This document shows positions 13,628 to 28,100 of a stretch of DNA of 64,000 nt, one piece after another. Position 1 is the first letter of the stretch. Each line of letters opens with the position of its first letter. The stretch comes from Girardia tigrina (lineage: Eukaryota). A program made the position numbers and the translations under genes. Where the stretch lies: assembly GCA_001938485.1 (NCBI GenBank), contig MQRK01227496.1, positions 1 to 64,000 on the forward strand. The letters are read 5' to 3'. The notes below the pieces were generated by a model. The model was given only the letters and a program-made list of their open reading frames with translations. It was not told where the DNA came from and did not search any database.

Positions 13628-16143
13628 TAATAATAATAAATATTATAATAAATATATTGATAATAATGATAATAATAATAAAACTCAAAATGTGTTTAAA
13701 GGTAAGTAATATAACAATCAATAAATTTGTTAATAATGAAAATATTTTATAATATTTTATATTTTACGTAAATTTTAAGATGAATAAAACATTTCGTCAT
13801 ATAAAAAATATAATTAAAAAGATTAATTTTTTGCTTTATTTCCTTGTTTCAATCAAAATTGACATTTAATTGAAAAAATATAAAAATCTAAAAACGTCCG
13901 TTCTCCAGATTTATTTTTTTTTCAAAACTTTAAAATTTCTTAAAATCAATTACTTAATTAAATTAATTAAATTATTTCCTTTATCTGTGCGACTAATAAC
14001 AGATTATAAAACGATTTACACGTTTAATTCTCTCTAAATCGAAATATTTGGAGAAAGTTTATAATATGAAAGCAAAAAAAACTGAAGTTATTTTGGCGGT
14101 TAATTTTTGAAGTTTTTTTATCTAAATATGATTTTAGTTGAAATGTAGTTTATTATTAAATTAAATTTAGTAAACTTTGTAAGCAGCAAAATGTTTTACC
14201 AAATAATCCATTTAAAAACTCTTTGTAACACATCATTGAGCAAATTATTAGTGGAACAATTTTGATCAATTAATGCAATAATAAAAACAAGTTCGCTATT
14301 CAATCATGCTTCCTCAATGTGAAAATGGATACTCATTACGAGTCTCATGTGACTCTTTTGGTCAATTATCCAAAAACATGTTGTATTACAGTCTCCCCTC
14401 GTTAAACCGCCACACTTAGTTCCAGAAAAAAAGCGATTTAACGAGGGTAGTGGTTTTACGAAATCTCTTTGAACCACCGTAATTTGGCGGGTTATCGATG
14501 TTTCAATTAATTAACTACTACCATTAATTTTACTTTTTTCTGACGTTTTATAAAATCTATTAATGAGAGCAATTTGGTCTTGAATCAACTTTTAAATTAT
14601 GTCTTCAATTTTAATCCCCAAATTTCGTGTTATTTTTTAGTGGCTATCCTCATCACCAACAGTTCAAAACCACATATACCAGAAAATCTTGTATTTGCTT
14701 TACATCAATACAGTTTATTTTGGTTTAAAATATTTTGTGATATAAGGCTGATGTAAATTGCTAAGTGCCAAACGATTAATAACTGCTGACAACTTCAAAG
14801 TCACAGAAATATCTTCATCTGTCATGGTTTGACTTTATAGATAAGTCAAAATTGTATCCATGAATCATTTCGCATCCTTAGCAGTTGGGACAAGCATTGG
14901 ACTTTCGTCCTCTTAATCTTCATCAGCTTTAATATTGTCAGCATCATTTTCTAAAAGAGAAATTACAAAATTTCTAAAAATATTGAAAAATTCTACATCC
15001 TACAGTGTATTATGTACCTATCTTGAACTAGGTCTAAAATAATCTCTGTAGATAGCATTTTTATTTATTTTCTAATTTAGTATTTTTCTTTTGATAACTA
15101 ATTCTATAATAATACTTCAAAAATTTTTCTCTTACTTTTAATTCCTAACATATACTTTTGATGCAACGATTTGAATTTTGTCTTAGGAGAAGTTATCGTT
15201 GTCGAATGACTCAGTCTTTTGCTGGTGGTCGAAAACACGCCCGCTGCACGCTTAATTCGGCGCCGAATTAAACAAGCATGTTAAGTGTTAATAGAGGTTT
15301 GTATTAATAATTTATTTAACACTTTTATTTATCTACGCAAATAGTTCTTTAAAAAATAAATTAAAAATATATAGTTTAAAAATTTAACAATAAAAGTTTT
15401 GTTCTCACAAATTCATCAATCATAAACTCAGTCTAATAAAGTTGTTACTCAAAAAAAGTTCGAACAGTATTTCGACCAAATAACAATTTTTCAATGAAAA
15501 CTGTCTCAAAAAAATAATCTTTTAAAAATTGATTTTAAAATCACTTCAAATTTTTAAGCTCACTTTTATTAGTCCGCCAATCAGAGCAAGTTATTTTCCA
15601 ATTCAACCTACATCAGGAAAACTCACTGATAAAAATTGATTAATCGCTCGATAGCTCGTCACATAGTGAATATTTTGACACTCAATGGTTCATTGATATG
15701 TTGATTATTCGATAATAATTTGAAGAAAGACTTCTTTGTTCGGATTTCAAAAATTCAGTTAAACCCAATTATTTAAAATTGAATTCTTTTTTTTATTAAT
15801 ATATTTTTTTAATTAATAATATTTAATTATATACATATCAATATTTTTTTATAATCAAGCGAAGCAGCAATAAGACAGATTGATATTATCATATGAAACG
15901 ATTCTGTCTTTTGGACAAGGAGGCTAAATTATAAATAAAGATAATAATTATAAATAAATATAATCCAATTAAAATTTCGAAACAATTATTATTATATTTA
16001 ATAAAAAATCAACAATTTAAAATTTACATTATCACTTTGTCGAATATTATACACAATATAATAAATTTATAAAATAAATAATAGCGGATGATAAATTTTC
16101 ATTAATATTAGTATCACAATAGAATACCTAAAGTCATCATTTG

Positions 16144-16181
<38 letters not shown>

Positions 16182-19100
16182 AAATAAGGGAAAATTTTTA
16201 ATCTGTCATTCATTTTACGTTTTTCCTAAAAACTATTTTATTGAAGAAAAATCAAAGAAAATAAATGGAAGTCCCATTACCCTGAAATCTCATTTATTTA
16301 TATTCAATACAACTGCTTCCTTTCCTATTTAGTTTTAATTTGCTGTTGTTCGGCATATCAAAGTTATATTATTTATTTTTATTCTTTCTTCATGAATAGA
16401 AAATATTAATAAAATTATTAGTAAAAATAATATTCTTCCGTCTGTATTTTTATTCTTTTCAGAAATTTAATTATATTTCTGAGTTCAAAATAGTTGCTTA
16501 CTTTTCCACAATTTTACGAGATCAAGTTTTCAAATGTATGAATAATTCAAACATTATTATTTAAAAAAATATATTAAATTTTATACTAAAAACATTTAAT
16601 TTATCCATATGTCAAACATGTATTAGAAAATAGTGTATCTAACAAAACGAAATATTTAACAAAAACGAAATTTAATAAGTGAGTTTCAGAGGGTTTCAAA
16701 ATATTTGTGGTTATTGCGATTCAAAGACAGATATTTGAAAATCGGCTTAGGAGTCATAGGTTCCCTCGTTTTGAAATTTTTCCTTCACAGTTAGCAATCT
16801 TTTATCTTTAACCCTGCAGTGCTAACACGATTTTTGTAACATTAGTACTAACATCCATTTGTACGACCGAATTCAGAGAATGCTATTTTATTCATATACT
16901 TGGTATTCATATAGTACTTTTTTGGTAAAAAAAAGTATAGCAGAACATAGCAACAAATGTGTTACGATGATTTGATGAGAAATGTGGGGTTCGGTCTGAG
17001 AACGGAAAGTTAGCCCTGGAGGGTTAAAAGTACTACAGAATTATAAAGTCAGATAAAAATGTAATGGAAATTCAAAAAATCATTTTCATATAAACATCAC
17101 CATAAGTTTGATACTTAAATATTTCTCTTATATTAATAATATTAATAATATTAAATCATGTTAATATGTTAAACCTATTGGAACATTAATTACATTAGTC
17201 TAAGTTCGTATGAGCTATTAAATTCAACGTGCTTTAACAATAGGCTAATAAAATTATTCAATTAAAGTGACTTTGTATAATACTGCTTGACTTAAGCAAA
17301 AGTACTTTCTTATTACCCTTCATGACTGAAACGTCAGCTAGGTTTTCTAAAAATCTCTAACTATAGTCTGTGGTGCTGCATTTCACAATAATTCTCTAAC
17401 TAAATCCAGCAATGTATCATAGGTTGTCCTCCATTTGTCCTGAAGTATGCAGTACAGCACCCGTGGAATTACTCGTTGAAAATGAATTATGTAGAGTTGG
17501 TAGAATAAACTGGGAACAACTTTAAAGAGACAACAGCGAAAAAGCATTTTCCTCGAATGAACTAATTTAATAATTGCTTGTCACCAAAAACTATGAAGTT
17601 ATATAATATAAACTCATTGTATGATGGTGATACTTCAAAAATAATATCATTAGAAAGAGGAGACAAAGATCTACCAACATCTCTGTTGCTTATAGAATAA
17701 ACTGAATGGATGTTGGAGATAAGATGCATGGGGATTAAGAGACCGACACCTCTTTTAGCCTATTTCAAAAGTCAAAATTTAACATATTTCATTAAAACAA
17801 AAACAATTTATTATCATAAATTTAACTTTGATGTAGTTTTACTGTAACTAGTCCAAATTATTTCATTATCTCATAAAAATTAAAACATATTAAAAATTGA
17901 AATATAAAATTCTTTACTACAATAAAAGAACTAAAAAAATAAACTAATTTAAAATAATAATATTTCATTAAAATAAATAAAAAAATTCCAGAAAAACGAA
18001 TATTAACATGTAAAGTTCAAAATGTAAAATATTATATATTTTATAATTTTTATATTAATTCTTAAAATTGAAAAAAAATTTTTCTAAATAATGTAATAAT
18101 ATTTTTTGTAAAAGAAATATATTTTTTTAAATATAATATTTTTCTCCATTTTTCAAAATAAATGTTTTATCATGCACGAAAAATAAAGTTTCGTTTTTAC
18201 ACCTGAACAATGGCTGCCTTTTTAGAATCTTTTTCTTTTTTACAAACTCTTTTTTCAAAGTAATTTAAATAAAAAATATTCTTTGTATATTAAATAGATA
18301 TTTTATAAAAATCAAATCAGATTTTTAAATAACTTTAAATAAAAATGGAAAAATTTTAATATTAGAATTACATAAATAAATAATGAATTATTAAGAGAAT
18401 TATTAATTAATATTAGAATATTAATTAATAAAATTCGTTTCATATAAATATATTTTTTAAAAAAAGAGTCCCGTATAATTTTATTCATAATCACTATTTT
18501 ATTTAAATAATAATGGCAATGAAAATTACACGAATTGATATTCATTAAATAATTTTTTTACATATGATTAATTCAATTTTAGTAGTCAATGGCCGCAGTT
18601 GGGTATTTCGGATCTCGTCCGATCTCTGAAGTCAAGCAACCAACGGCCGTGTTAGTACTTATTTGGGTGACCGATAAGGAAATCGCGGGGCCATTGACTA
18701 CAGGTCAGGTCAGGCAATCTGTCTGCTACAGGTCCCATGTAAATCTGTAATACCTGTCCCATGGTCGATTAGTTGGCGACGAAACCGGCTGCCTCACCCA
18801 GAGCAACCTGGATGAAGAGGTGTGTGGACACCTAGCAGGATGAAAAACAAAACATAGCAAAGGGCGGATGAGCTCCTTGGAGCCAACGGCCATCCATACC
18901 TGGAGAGGAGATAGGCGCCACCAGGTTCCTTGCCCACTGAGACACTCAAATATATATGCAAAACTCAAGCCATGCTTATGCATAAGCGAGTGCACCCACG
19001 GCCCAAAGGCTACGGTACTAAAAAAAATTCAATTTTAAAGATATTTAACAGAATTATTTAAATATTTTATAATTTTTATTACACGAATTTAAAAGAAAAA

Positions 19101-22100
19101 ACTATTTTTACGAATTTATTTCAATTACATATTTTTCAAGAATTATTTTTCTATATTCTGATATAGATTTTCATTTAAAAAAATTAATTAAAAAAATTAT
19201 AAGTAAAATTTATATTAACTTACAAAATAAAAGTTCTATCTGAGAGTCGTAAAGAATAAATCAGTATATAAATGCAGAATGATGATTAAGTAAATGATTG
19301 TCTGAATATCGTTCCAATCATTCTAAATAAGCCCTTATTAGAACTGTCGTTTGAACACGGATGTTACAAAGAGTATGTGATACTATTTTTTGTTTGATCG
19401 ATTAACCTCTTTAATCAGTAAAAATAGACAAACAACTATAGTAAACCAAATATTATTAAATAAACGCAACACGGAACAGAAAGCAAAAATAGAAGTATTG
19501 TCACCTTGCTAATGAAATAAACACATTCAATGAACAAATAGTTTGATCTAATGTTTTTGGCTATTGAATTGTATTAACATGAAGTTAACAGAAAAAAATA
19601 CCTCTGATTTTTTTTGACCAAAGTCATTGGGCTGTTGGTGCATCCAATCTTGCACAAGCCTTTTGCGGATTGGTTCTTACATATTTATTGTGTGCATCAG
19701 TAGTAAGGAAGTTTCACTGACGCAACCCGTTTCTGAGTGTCCTATTAAATCAGCCTACTTAATGAGCTGCCGACTTTTGGAAAGTTCGTGTAACACAAAT
19801 TATCATCGTGTAACACAAATTGCTCACTAACTAGATCTCGCTGATTTCAAGGCAACAGTTTGTTGGATTGAAAGATGGAAGCAACGATATTTAATTATTT
19901 TTAGAACCATTGTAGAAAAATCAGATAGCATTCACACTGCTGTGGTAAGCTATAGAATTAATGACCTTTGCTTGTTATAATCCGTATGAAACAGCATATG
20001 TACAGTATTGATAAGCACATGTGCAGTCTAGGCAGCCTAGGCTTAGTGCAGTATTGATATTTGCACTTTTTTGTGTAATTTTGATGGTTTTTACATGTTT
20101 TTCATGATTTTTAAGGTGTTTTCCATGATTTTTAAGGTGTTTTTCATGGTTTTTAAGATAACAATGATGGTTTCTAAGGTGTATATATAATATACATAAT
20201 NNNNNNNNNNNNNNNNNNNNNNNNNNNNNNNNNNNNNNNNNNNNNNNNNNNNNNNNNNNNNNNNNNNNNNNNNNNNNNNNNNNNNNNNNNNNNNNNNNNN
20301 NNNNNNNNNNNNNNNNNNNNNNNNNNNNNNNNNNNNNNNNNNNNNNNNNNNNNNNNNNATGGTTACGGTAACCATGATACTTTGATAGGTGATGCCTGGC
20401 CTAGGCCTAGTCTAGGCGATGGTTACGCTGAGGTACATTAGATGATTATACAGATGTTATGTATTATATCCATGCATGCTTGAAGTACAATAGGAGTTTT
20501 TACATGTAGATTTTACATATAAAATAAAATGTTATGTATCTTTGTTACGGTAACCATGATACTTATGATTATACTTGTGTACATTAGGAGATTCATGAGG
20601 TATTGTTTGATTGTAAACAACATACATATATCATACGGGTTTCAGATATGTACATATAGATTTTTGAGCACTTTTTTGAGAATTTCAGAAATTTTCGAAA
20701 AAATCGATATTTCAGCATTTTTTCGAAAATGTTGACATGGAATCTGAATGTACGTATATGGGTTTCTATTCAAGTGCATAAGCTTTTTTTTGATATTCTG
20801 CTTTCTTGTACCTTTAAAATCAATGTGCAATATGTGCAAATTTGAACATTATGCTTATTATAGAGAAAAGTAATCAATATATGGAAATTTGAATTGCATA
20901 TTCAAATAGAGAATCAAAATGTATATCAAACACATGATATTGAATTTTGACACTTGTAGTTTTAAAAAATTTTATGTATTGATTTTTACACTTTTGCACA
21001 TGTGCAACTTGAAAAGCACTGTGCTAGCACATTATAAATGTGTGGCAAAATGTGCACTACCGATTAGTACTTTCAAAATATTCCTTAGCACCTCTGAGCA
21101 CTGTGCATTGATCGGTTAGCACTTTTTTCTACGGTCCTTAGTTACGGGGTGATGGTTGCTATGGACACGAGAACCGTTATCATGGTTACAACCGCCTTGG
21201 ATCACTGTATCCGTTTCTAATGAAAAACGTCCCTTGGTTACCCTTACTATGGCAACCATGACCTTGGTTACCGTGACCAAGTGAACCGGAACCGTTGCTA
21301 GGGAACCCAGGAACCAATCAGAAGCGTTGCTAAGGTGATCGCGACCGTTGCAATGGTAACCGCGCGCGGTAACTGGTTATGTTGCCATGGTAACCACGGT
21401 AACTAGGTACGACCCCCCGGGGGGGTTGGTCCAAAACATACATTTTTCCCTTACTAATTCAACTTATTCCAAACTGCGATTTATCCATGTTGGACCTTAA
21501 GAAAACTAAAATTTTGAATAATTCTGAACATTATTTGGTTCTCCTGAAATACTTCGACTTAATCAGAAATTCGAGTTAGCACTGTATTTAAAAAGGACAA
21601 CCCTTTTTATCTTAATTTTTGGTTTAAACTTCGATTTTTATTTAATTTTTGTACATTTTTTAATATCAAATAAAAGTAAGAAAAATTATAAGAACATATT
21701 AAATAATTATTTTTATTGGAATTAAAATTAAAAATATTAATTAATTTTATTATATTTAAATATATATAAATATCAGATTTTTTTAAATAAACTTTTACTC
21801 TAAAATTTTTAAATAAGAATAGTTCTATATTAATTTGATGGAAAATATTTTATTTTAAAAATATTATTTTTATTGTTTAGTAATTGAAATTTTTTAAGTT
21901 AGTCACATAGTTATATCAATTATTACTTAAAATATTGTATTATATATAAAAATATTTAAAAGCACTTTAAAAGAGACATTAATTAAAGTCTTGCGGCGCC
22001 CTCTGCGGTTAAAAGGGTACAAATTTTTATATGGTTATTACATTTTTATTGCCTTAAATGATATTTCGGCACATTTTTTTAATATTTCTTTATTTTTGAG

Positions 22101-25100
22101 TGATATTTGAAATAAATAATTTTTAAATGTTTTTTATAGAAAAAAAATTAATATTTTAATTTGCTGTGACAGCGCCATTAATTAGCGTCTGTTCGTGTGA
22201 AATATAACGATCTGTACACTTACCACGAGTTGCTTTCAATAAACTGAGACAACCAACAATTAAAAGAAAAAATAAATTTATATTAATAATAAATATTAAA
22301 GAAAATATTTTTTATGAGTTTCCTTAAAATTGGTAAAAAAATATTCTTTTTCGGAAATTTTAATTATAAAATAGGTTAAATTTCCAATGAGATATTTTAA
22401 TAATAATTAAAAAACGAATTAAAGGAAATTAATTTATTGGATTGTTCGGAAAGTCATTTCGTTTTTTTGTATTAAAGTAAAAGACAAATTTTTATGACGA
22501 ATAAATATTTTATTGAAATACATATTGACCATTGTGGTCCAATACCTTCTTCCATCTTCCTGGCAGTGACATGATTCCACATTCATAAAATATTTGTTCT
22601 TTGCTGCTAAAAAATCTTTTCCAGGTTATTTTTAACATCTTCATTTGATCCAAAGTGTTACCATCTAAATAATTTTGTAGAGACCAGAACAAATGATAAT
22701 CAGAAGATGCGAGGTCTGGAGAATATAGTGGGTAAGGCATGATGTTCCATCCAAGCTGTAAAACCTTTTGGCGAGTTACCAAACTTGTATGAGGTCTGGC
22801 ATTAACTTGGTGAAACACTACACCTTTTCTATTGATCAATTCTGGCCTTTTGTGTTCAAGGGATTCATTTAATTTGTCCAGCTGATGACAGTAGACGTCC
22901 GAATTGATCGTAGTTTGTCCGGAAGAAGCTCATAAAATACGATTCCTTTGAAATCCCACCAAACCGATAGCATCACTTTTTGTTTATGAAGTGCTTTGAG
23001 CAGGTTGATCGTTTTTAACTCCAAGATCTCTTGCGTTTTACATTATTGTAGACTACCTATTTCTCATCTCCAGTGACGATGCGCTTCAAAAATGGATCAT
23101 TTTCTTGAGGTTTGAGAAACATATCGCAGATGTCTAAACGACAGCATAAATTTCGTTGGGTAAGATTATGAGGAATCCATGTTTCGAGTTTTGATGTAAA
23201 ACCTAGGCGCTTCAAATGATCATGGACGGTCGAATTAGATAAATGTAATGTCTGGACAATTTCGCGAGTTGTTATTCGCCGGTTTGGATCAATTAATGTC
23301 TTTATTATGTCTTCGTCGGCCTCAATGGGCCTTCTGGAATCTGAAGAATCTTCAACATCAAAATTTCCGGATCTAAATTTTTTAAACCAGTTTTGGCATT
23401 TGCGTTCTGTCAACACATCTTCTCCATACACTTCGCATAATTTTCTTCTGGCTTGTACAGCATTTTTACCTTTTCGGAAGTAAAAAAGTAATACATGAAG
23501 TAAATGCTGATTCTTATTTCCCATCTTTGATAGGTCAAAAATCAAATATAAATGTTTTTAATTATTCCAAAATTTTCCAAATCTAACCTTGATTACCAAC
23601 TGCTAAAATAAATAATATAGTCAATGATTATTAATATAAAAAATACATTTAAAACAAATATTAAAAAAACGAGATGACTCTCCGAACAACTCAATAATAA
23701 TAATTCAATAATTAGATTTAATTAAATTATTTTTATAAGGAAAAATAAATCAAGTTTTTCAAAGAAATGTTAAATCATTTATTATTTGTTAATTGTAAAT
23801 GTTGTTCTGTCCTAATGTTTTATATATAATGGAATATAATAATGGAATATAATGGAATAATCAAAGATTGCGTTTTTGACCAAGTCCGAATATAAAAACT
23901 AGAAAATACAGAAGGTGTATTAAAATTTAAATTCAGTTATCCATTCTACAATCTGATTTTTAAAAAATTTTGATATTTAAAAAATATAATAACTGATTCT
24001 CTTTTAATGTATTTCTTCACCGTAGATTATAAATAGAGAACCCGAATGAGCCAATTCATTATGTTTTATTATAATTTATTCTCACAGGGAAAATCACTGA
24101 ATGTTGATAAGATGATATATTTCTAAATGGTAGTTATCTCTAAAAACATTGAAAATGGTCCTCTACATTTCATTCCGAAAAAATAGTCTGAAAGATGCAC
24201 TCTGGTCCAAACGACCAGTTGAAGTTCCTGGCAACAAAAAAACAACCCTGATTGATTCACTTATACTTTTGGCGACAAGAAAAATCCCAGAGGCCCTAGA
24301 AAGATTCAAATCAAGTGCTGTAAATTATTTTTAAAAATGTAGATTAGTAACTCTACTCGTGGTTGCCGAATAAGCTATAAGAAATAAATTTAGTGAAACG
24401 TAGAGACATTTGCGATTCACTTTATAACTAGAACAGAGTGATTTATTTTGTTTTTACAACCATACGAAGCGGGATGAGCCTGTCAAAACGATCCCAAAGG
24501 TTTCTTAAAGAATTTTGACGAATAAAACCTTCAATTTAGATAGATCTTATGATACAATACAACATATATGATACTCAATACAACATACAAGGTTTTGCCA
24601 ATCATCAGAAACTTTATTTTGTAAATAATACGGATTTAGGACCGACGATAATTTTAAATTTCAACTATTTAAAGGGTACATAATTGGAATTGCATTTTAT
24701 GTTACTATAGGATGTGAAGTTCAGCCAAAAAACTTGGTACTTCCAACGAAAAATCAACCCAGTATTTTAAGAAAATTAGTAAATTCTCAAATGTTTTTCA
24801 CTGGAGGAAAATCATTTAAATTATTGAATATTATGATTTCTTGAGTGAAACAATCATTTTAATTTCCTCTTCTTTGTCTTATAAAATATCACAATCTCAT
24901 TTAAAAGTTATGGCATAGTAATTAAATATTTATTTTATATACTGTTGTTTTATATACTTGGGAAATTTCCATTCATTTTTTATTCTTCCTAATCTTCTTA
25001 TTAACATAGAAGTATAGGGATCGATTTTTTTAGCTTTTTTGTATATTGCATTCATGTCCGGTTGAACGATGCAAAACGAAACTTCACAAACTTGTCATTT

Positions 25101-28100
25101 TATTCTGCATCCATGCTCTTAAAGAATTCTTCAATTTATTATGACTGGTTGTGACTTTTTTAACTTTTTAAAGCTGTTGATGCTTAGTAGGGGAAAAATG
25201 CGGGTTCTCACCCACCCCCCCCTATGCTATGGATACGGGGGCCATTACCATGGTTACAACCGCCTTAGATCACTGTATCCGTTGCTAATGAAAAACGTCC
25301 CTTGGTTACCGTTACCCTGGGAACCGTGACCTTGGTTACGTCACCAAGTGAACCGGAATGGTTCCTAAGGTGATCGTGACCATTGCTATGGTGATCGCGA
25401 CCGTTGCTATGGTGATCGTGACCGTTGCTATGGTGATCGCGACCGTTGCTAAGGTGATCGTGACCGTTGCTAGGGAACCGTCGACCAATCAGAAGTGTTT
25501 TTAGGTAATCGCGACCGNNNNNNNNNNNNNNNNNNNNNNNNNNNNNNNNNNNNNNNNNNNNNNNNNNNNNNNNNNNNNNNNNNNNNNNNNNNNNNNNNNN
25601 NNNNNAACCGCGACCGTTGCTAAGGTGATCGCGACCGTTGCCATGGTAACCCCGAGTGGTAACTGGTTACGTAACAATGGCAACGGGCTACCCCCCCGGG
25701 GGGGGTGGGGGAGAACCCGCATTTTTCCCATACTATGCTTTTGTCAAGCAATTATTTACACAGTTCATTTCTCATTCATGACCGAAATCCTTCAAACTGA
25801 TTAGCTACTTAAAGATGAATATTGTCAGTGTATACTAAAATTAGTAGATTTTGTAATCATTTGACTAAATAAACTGAAAATAGCTTCATAATGAGAAGTG
25901 GTTTATGTTGTGACAACACTACAGCTTTCTAACTATCAATTCAAAACTTCTATAAACTTGAGAAATTCAAATGTTTACGTTGCTACATCCTTCATTTTTG
26001 AGGCTTCTTTAAAGGTTTCCTGCTAGGTGTGACCTAAGAAGAATATGGGTGTACACTGAACATGAATAGTATGATATTCCTGTGACCATGGAATCCCTTT
26101 ATACCCTATATAAATGAGCTTGTGTCGGAGCATGTATGTACAAAAGGTAGACATAATGTGTGGAATAGCAGTGTGTGTATTTTTAATGAACCAATACTTT
26201 ACCTATATATAGCCACATTTTTGGGTGTACATTTACAAACCCAACCCCTCAGTATAAAATAATATGTTATAATATTAAGTATAATATGATATATTTATAT
26301 ATATAATTTTTCTTAACTAACTTTCTGTTTGACTATACTGTTGATAAATTGAGCCGATCTCATTCCCGATCATGTACTGAATCTTGCTGTTCTTTTTGTA
26401 TTGTCGTTTTTGTTTCATTTTGTAAAGAATTATTCCAATAATTAAAATGAATACAACGAGTAAAATCAGACCGACAATCGTGGCTACTGTTAATGTGGTA
26501 TCTTTCTCCGAATCAGAAAAAATGTCACGACCGGATATGTTTGGATAGAAGTCTGAAAATGATACTAAGAAAATCAATTAATTCACATATAGGAAACTTT
26601 AATGAATTTGATAAAATTTGAAAATTATGTCATCAGTTTAATTTTAATAAGCTTATTATAAAAATAATAATTAAATTAGGAATCTTGGTTTAATTAAACT
26701 CCCGATTATTCACCATTATGGCTGGAATTTTCTATATATTATACCAGGATAATCCAACACATAAAAAAGTTCATTGAAGGCATGGGCTTGGCTCCCCTAA
26801 TGCAATAGTACCGATTTCGAATCTGAAGTCCGTTTATGTCGCGATGCCTCCATTTTCTGGTAAATTACGTTAATATATTTTTAGAAATGGAAAATGTAAT
26901 TTCCTGTACATATTTTTATAAAATAATATAATATATAATTAATATATTCAGTCTATTAACGTTGAGAATTCTGGAAGGAAGTACAATCAAATGATTTATT
27001 AAAAGAAACACTGAAAATGCTAGAAAAAATTATAAAGCCTAGTGTCAGGAAGCAATTTTACTAGAATATGTATATTCTGGATTGATTTCATCAATTCTTT
27101 AGGTTTTTATATTTTCTACAATTTTCTGCGTTTGTTTTAGAGAATTATTTAGTTGTAATTCCTTTTAGAATTTTCTAAGATAATATACTGGCCATTGCTT
27201 TCAAGTGCTGCGTTTGTATTTCATTCTCATGACTTCGCGTGGATGTAAGATTATCCAAAATAGCTTCTGCTACATCTGTGGCGAATATACAACGAGGAGG
27301 TATCAACACTGACAAAGTGAAATAAAAATCTACAAGTTATATTTTCAGTGAGGTGTAGGTGATCATGATAAGGCAGAGGTGTGAAATGCTCATCAGAACT
27401 TTATTCTTAGTCCAAAACTGGACGATGCCGTCCTTTTGGTGTACCCACGATATAGGGAGACCAACGATATCATGTGACAGATTGCTACTTCTGCATCATC
27501 TCGCTCACTTGAATCCAAACTAGAGGCAGGAAAATCCTGCCTTATCAAAGTTAAGATTCAGCTATTTACCCGGTCTACATTCTGTCGAGTTACCAATCCT
27601 AATGCCACCATCATACCTCTCTCTGATTCATCCTCCAAAATTTCATCTAATAGTGACACTGAAGAATTGCCTTACACTCCAGCTGACATCATCTTTGCGC
27701 CATATATCATCACACAAAGTGAGCTGAACAATCTAGTCAGGGATCACAATTTGACAAAATATCAAGGTGAGCTTCTAGCATCGCGACTTCAAGGATGATA
27801 TTTATTGGATATGAACGCTTAAGTTACATTAATGTTCAAGAGAAATTCGAAATTGGAGACCATTTTCCATGAATGAGGTTTTGTGCTATTGTAATCGCAT
27901 TTCTTCTTTGCTACCTCAGTTTGGTATGACACACAAGAATGGCATATTTTCATCGACGCTTCTAACACTAGCATAAAGGGTAACCTTCTGCTCAATATAA
28001 ATGCGCACCCATCTATCCCTCTCGCCTTTTCCGTCACAATGAAAGAAAACCACGAAAACATGAAGGCAATCGTGAGTTGCATCCAATACGATGAAATTCA

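Noticed and set aside
13476-13721. Poly-Asn and poly-Ile ORFs
   Set aside because: Translation of the (AAT)n microsatellite.
18582-18701. Functional 5S rRNA gene
   Set aside because: No T-run terminator; it continues into a body with A-tail and TSD, which is SINE structure.
25360-25642. Regular 21-bp repeats as a CRISPR array
   Set aside because: Head-to-tail units without unique spacers, eukaryotic context, no cas genes.
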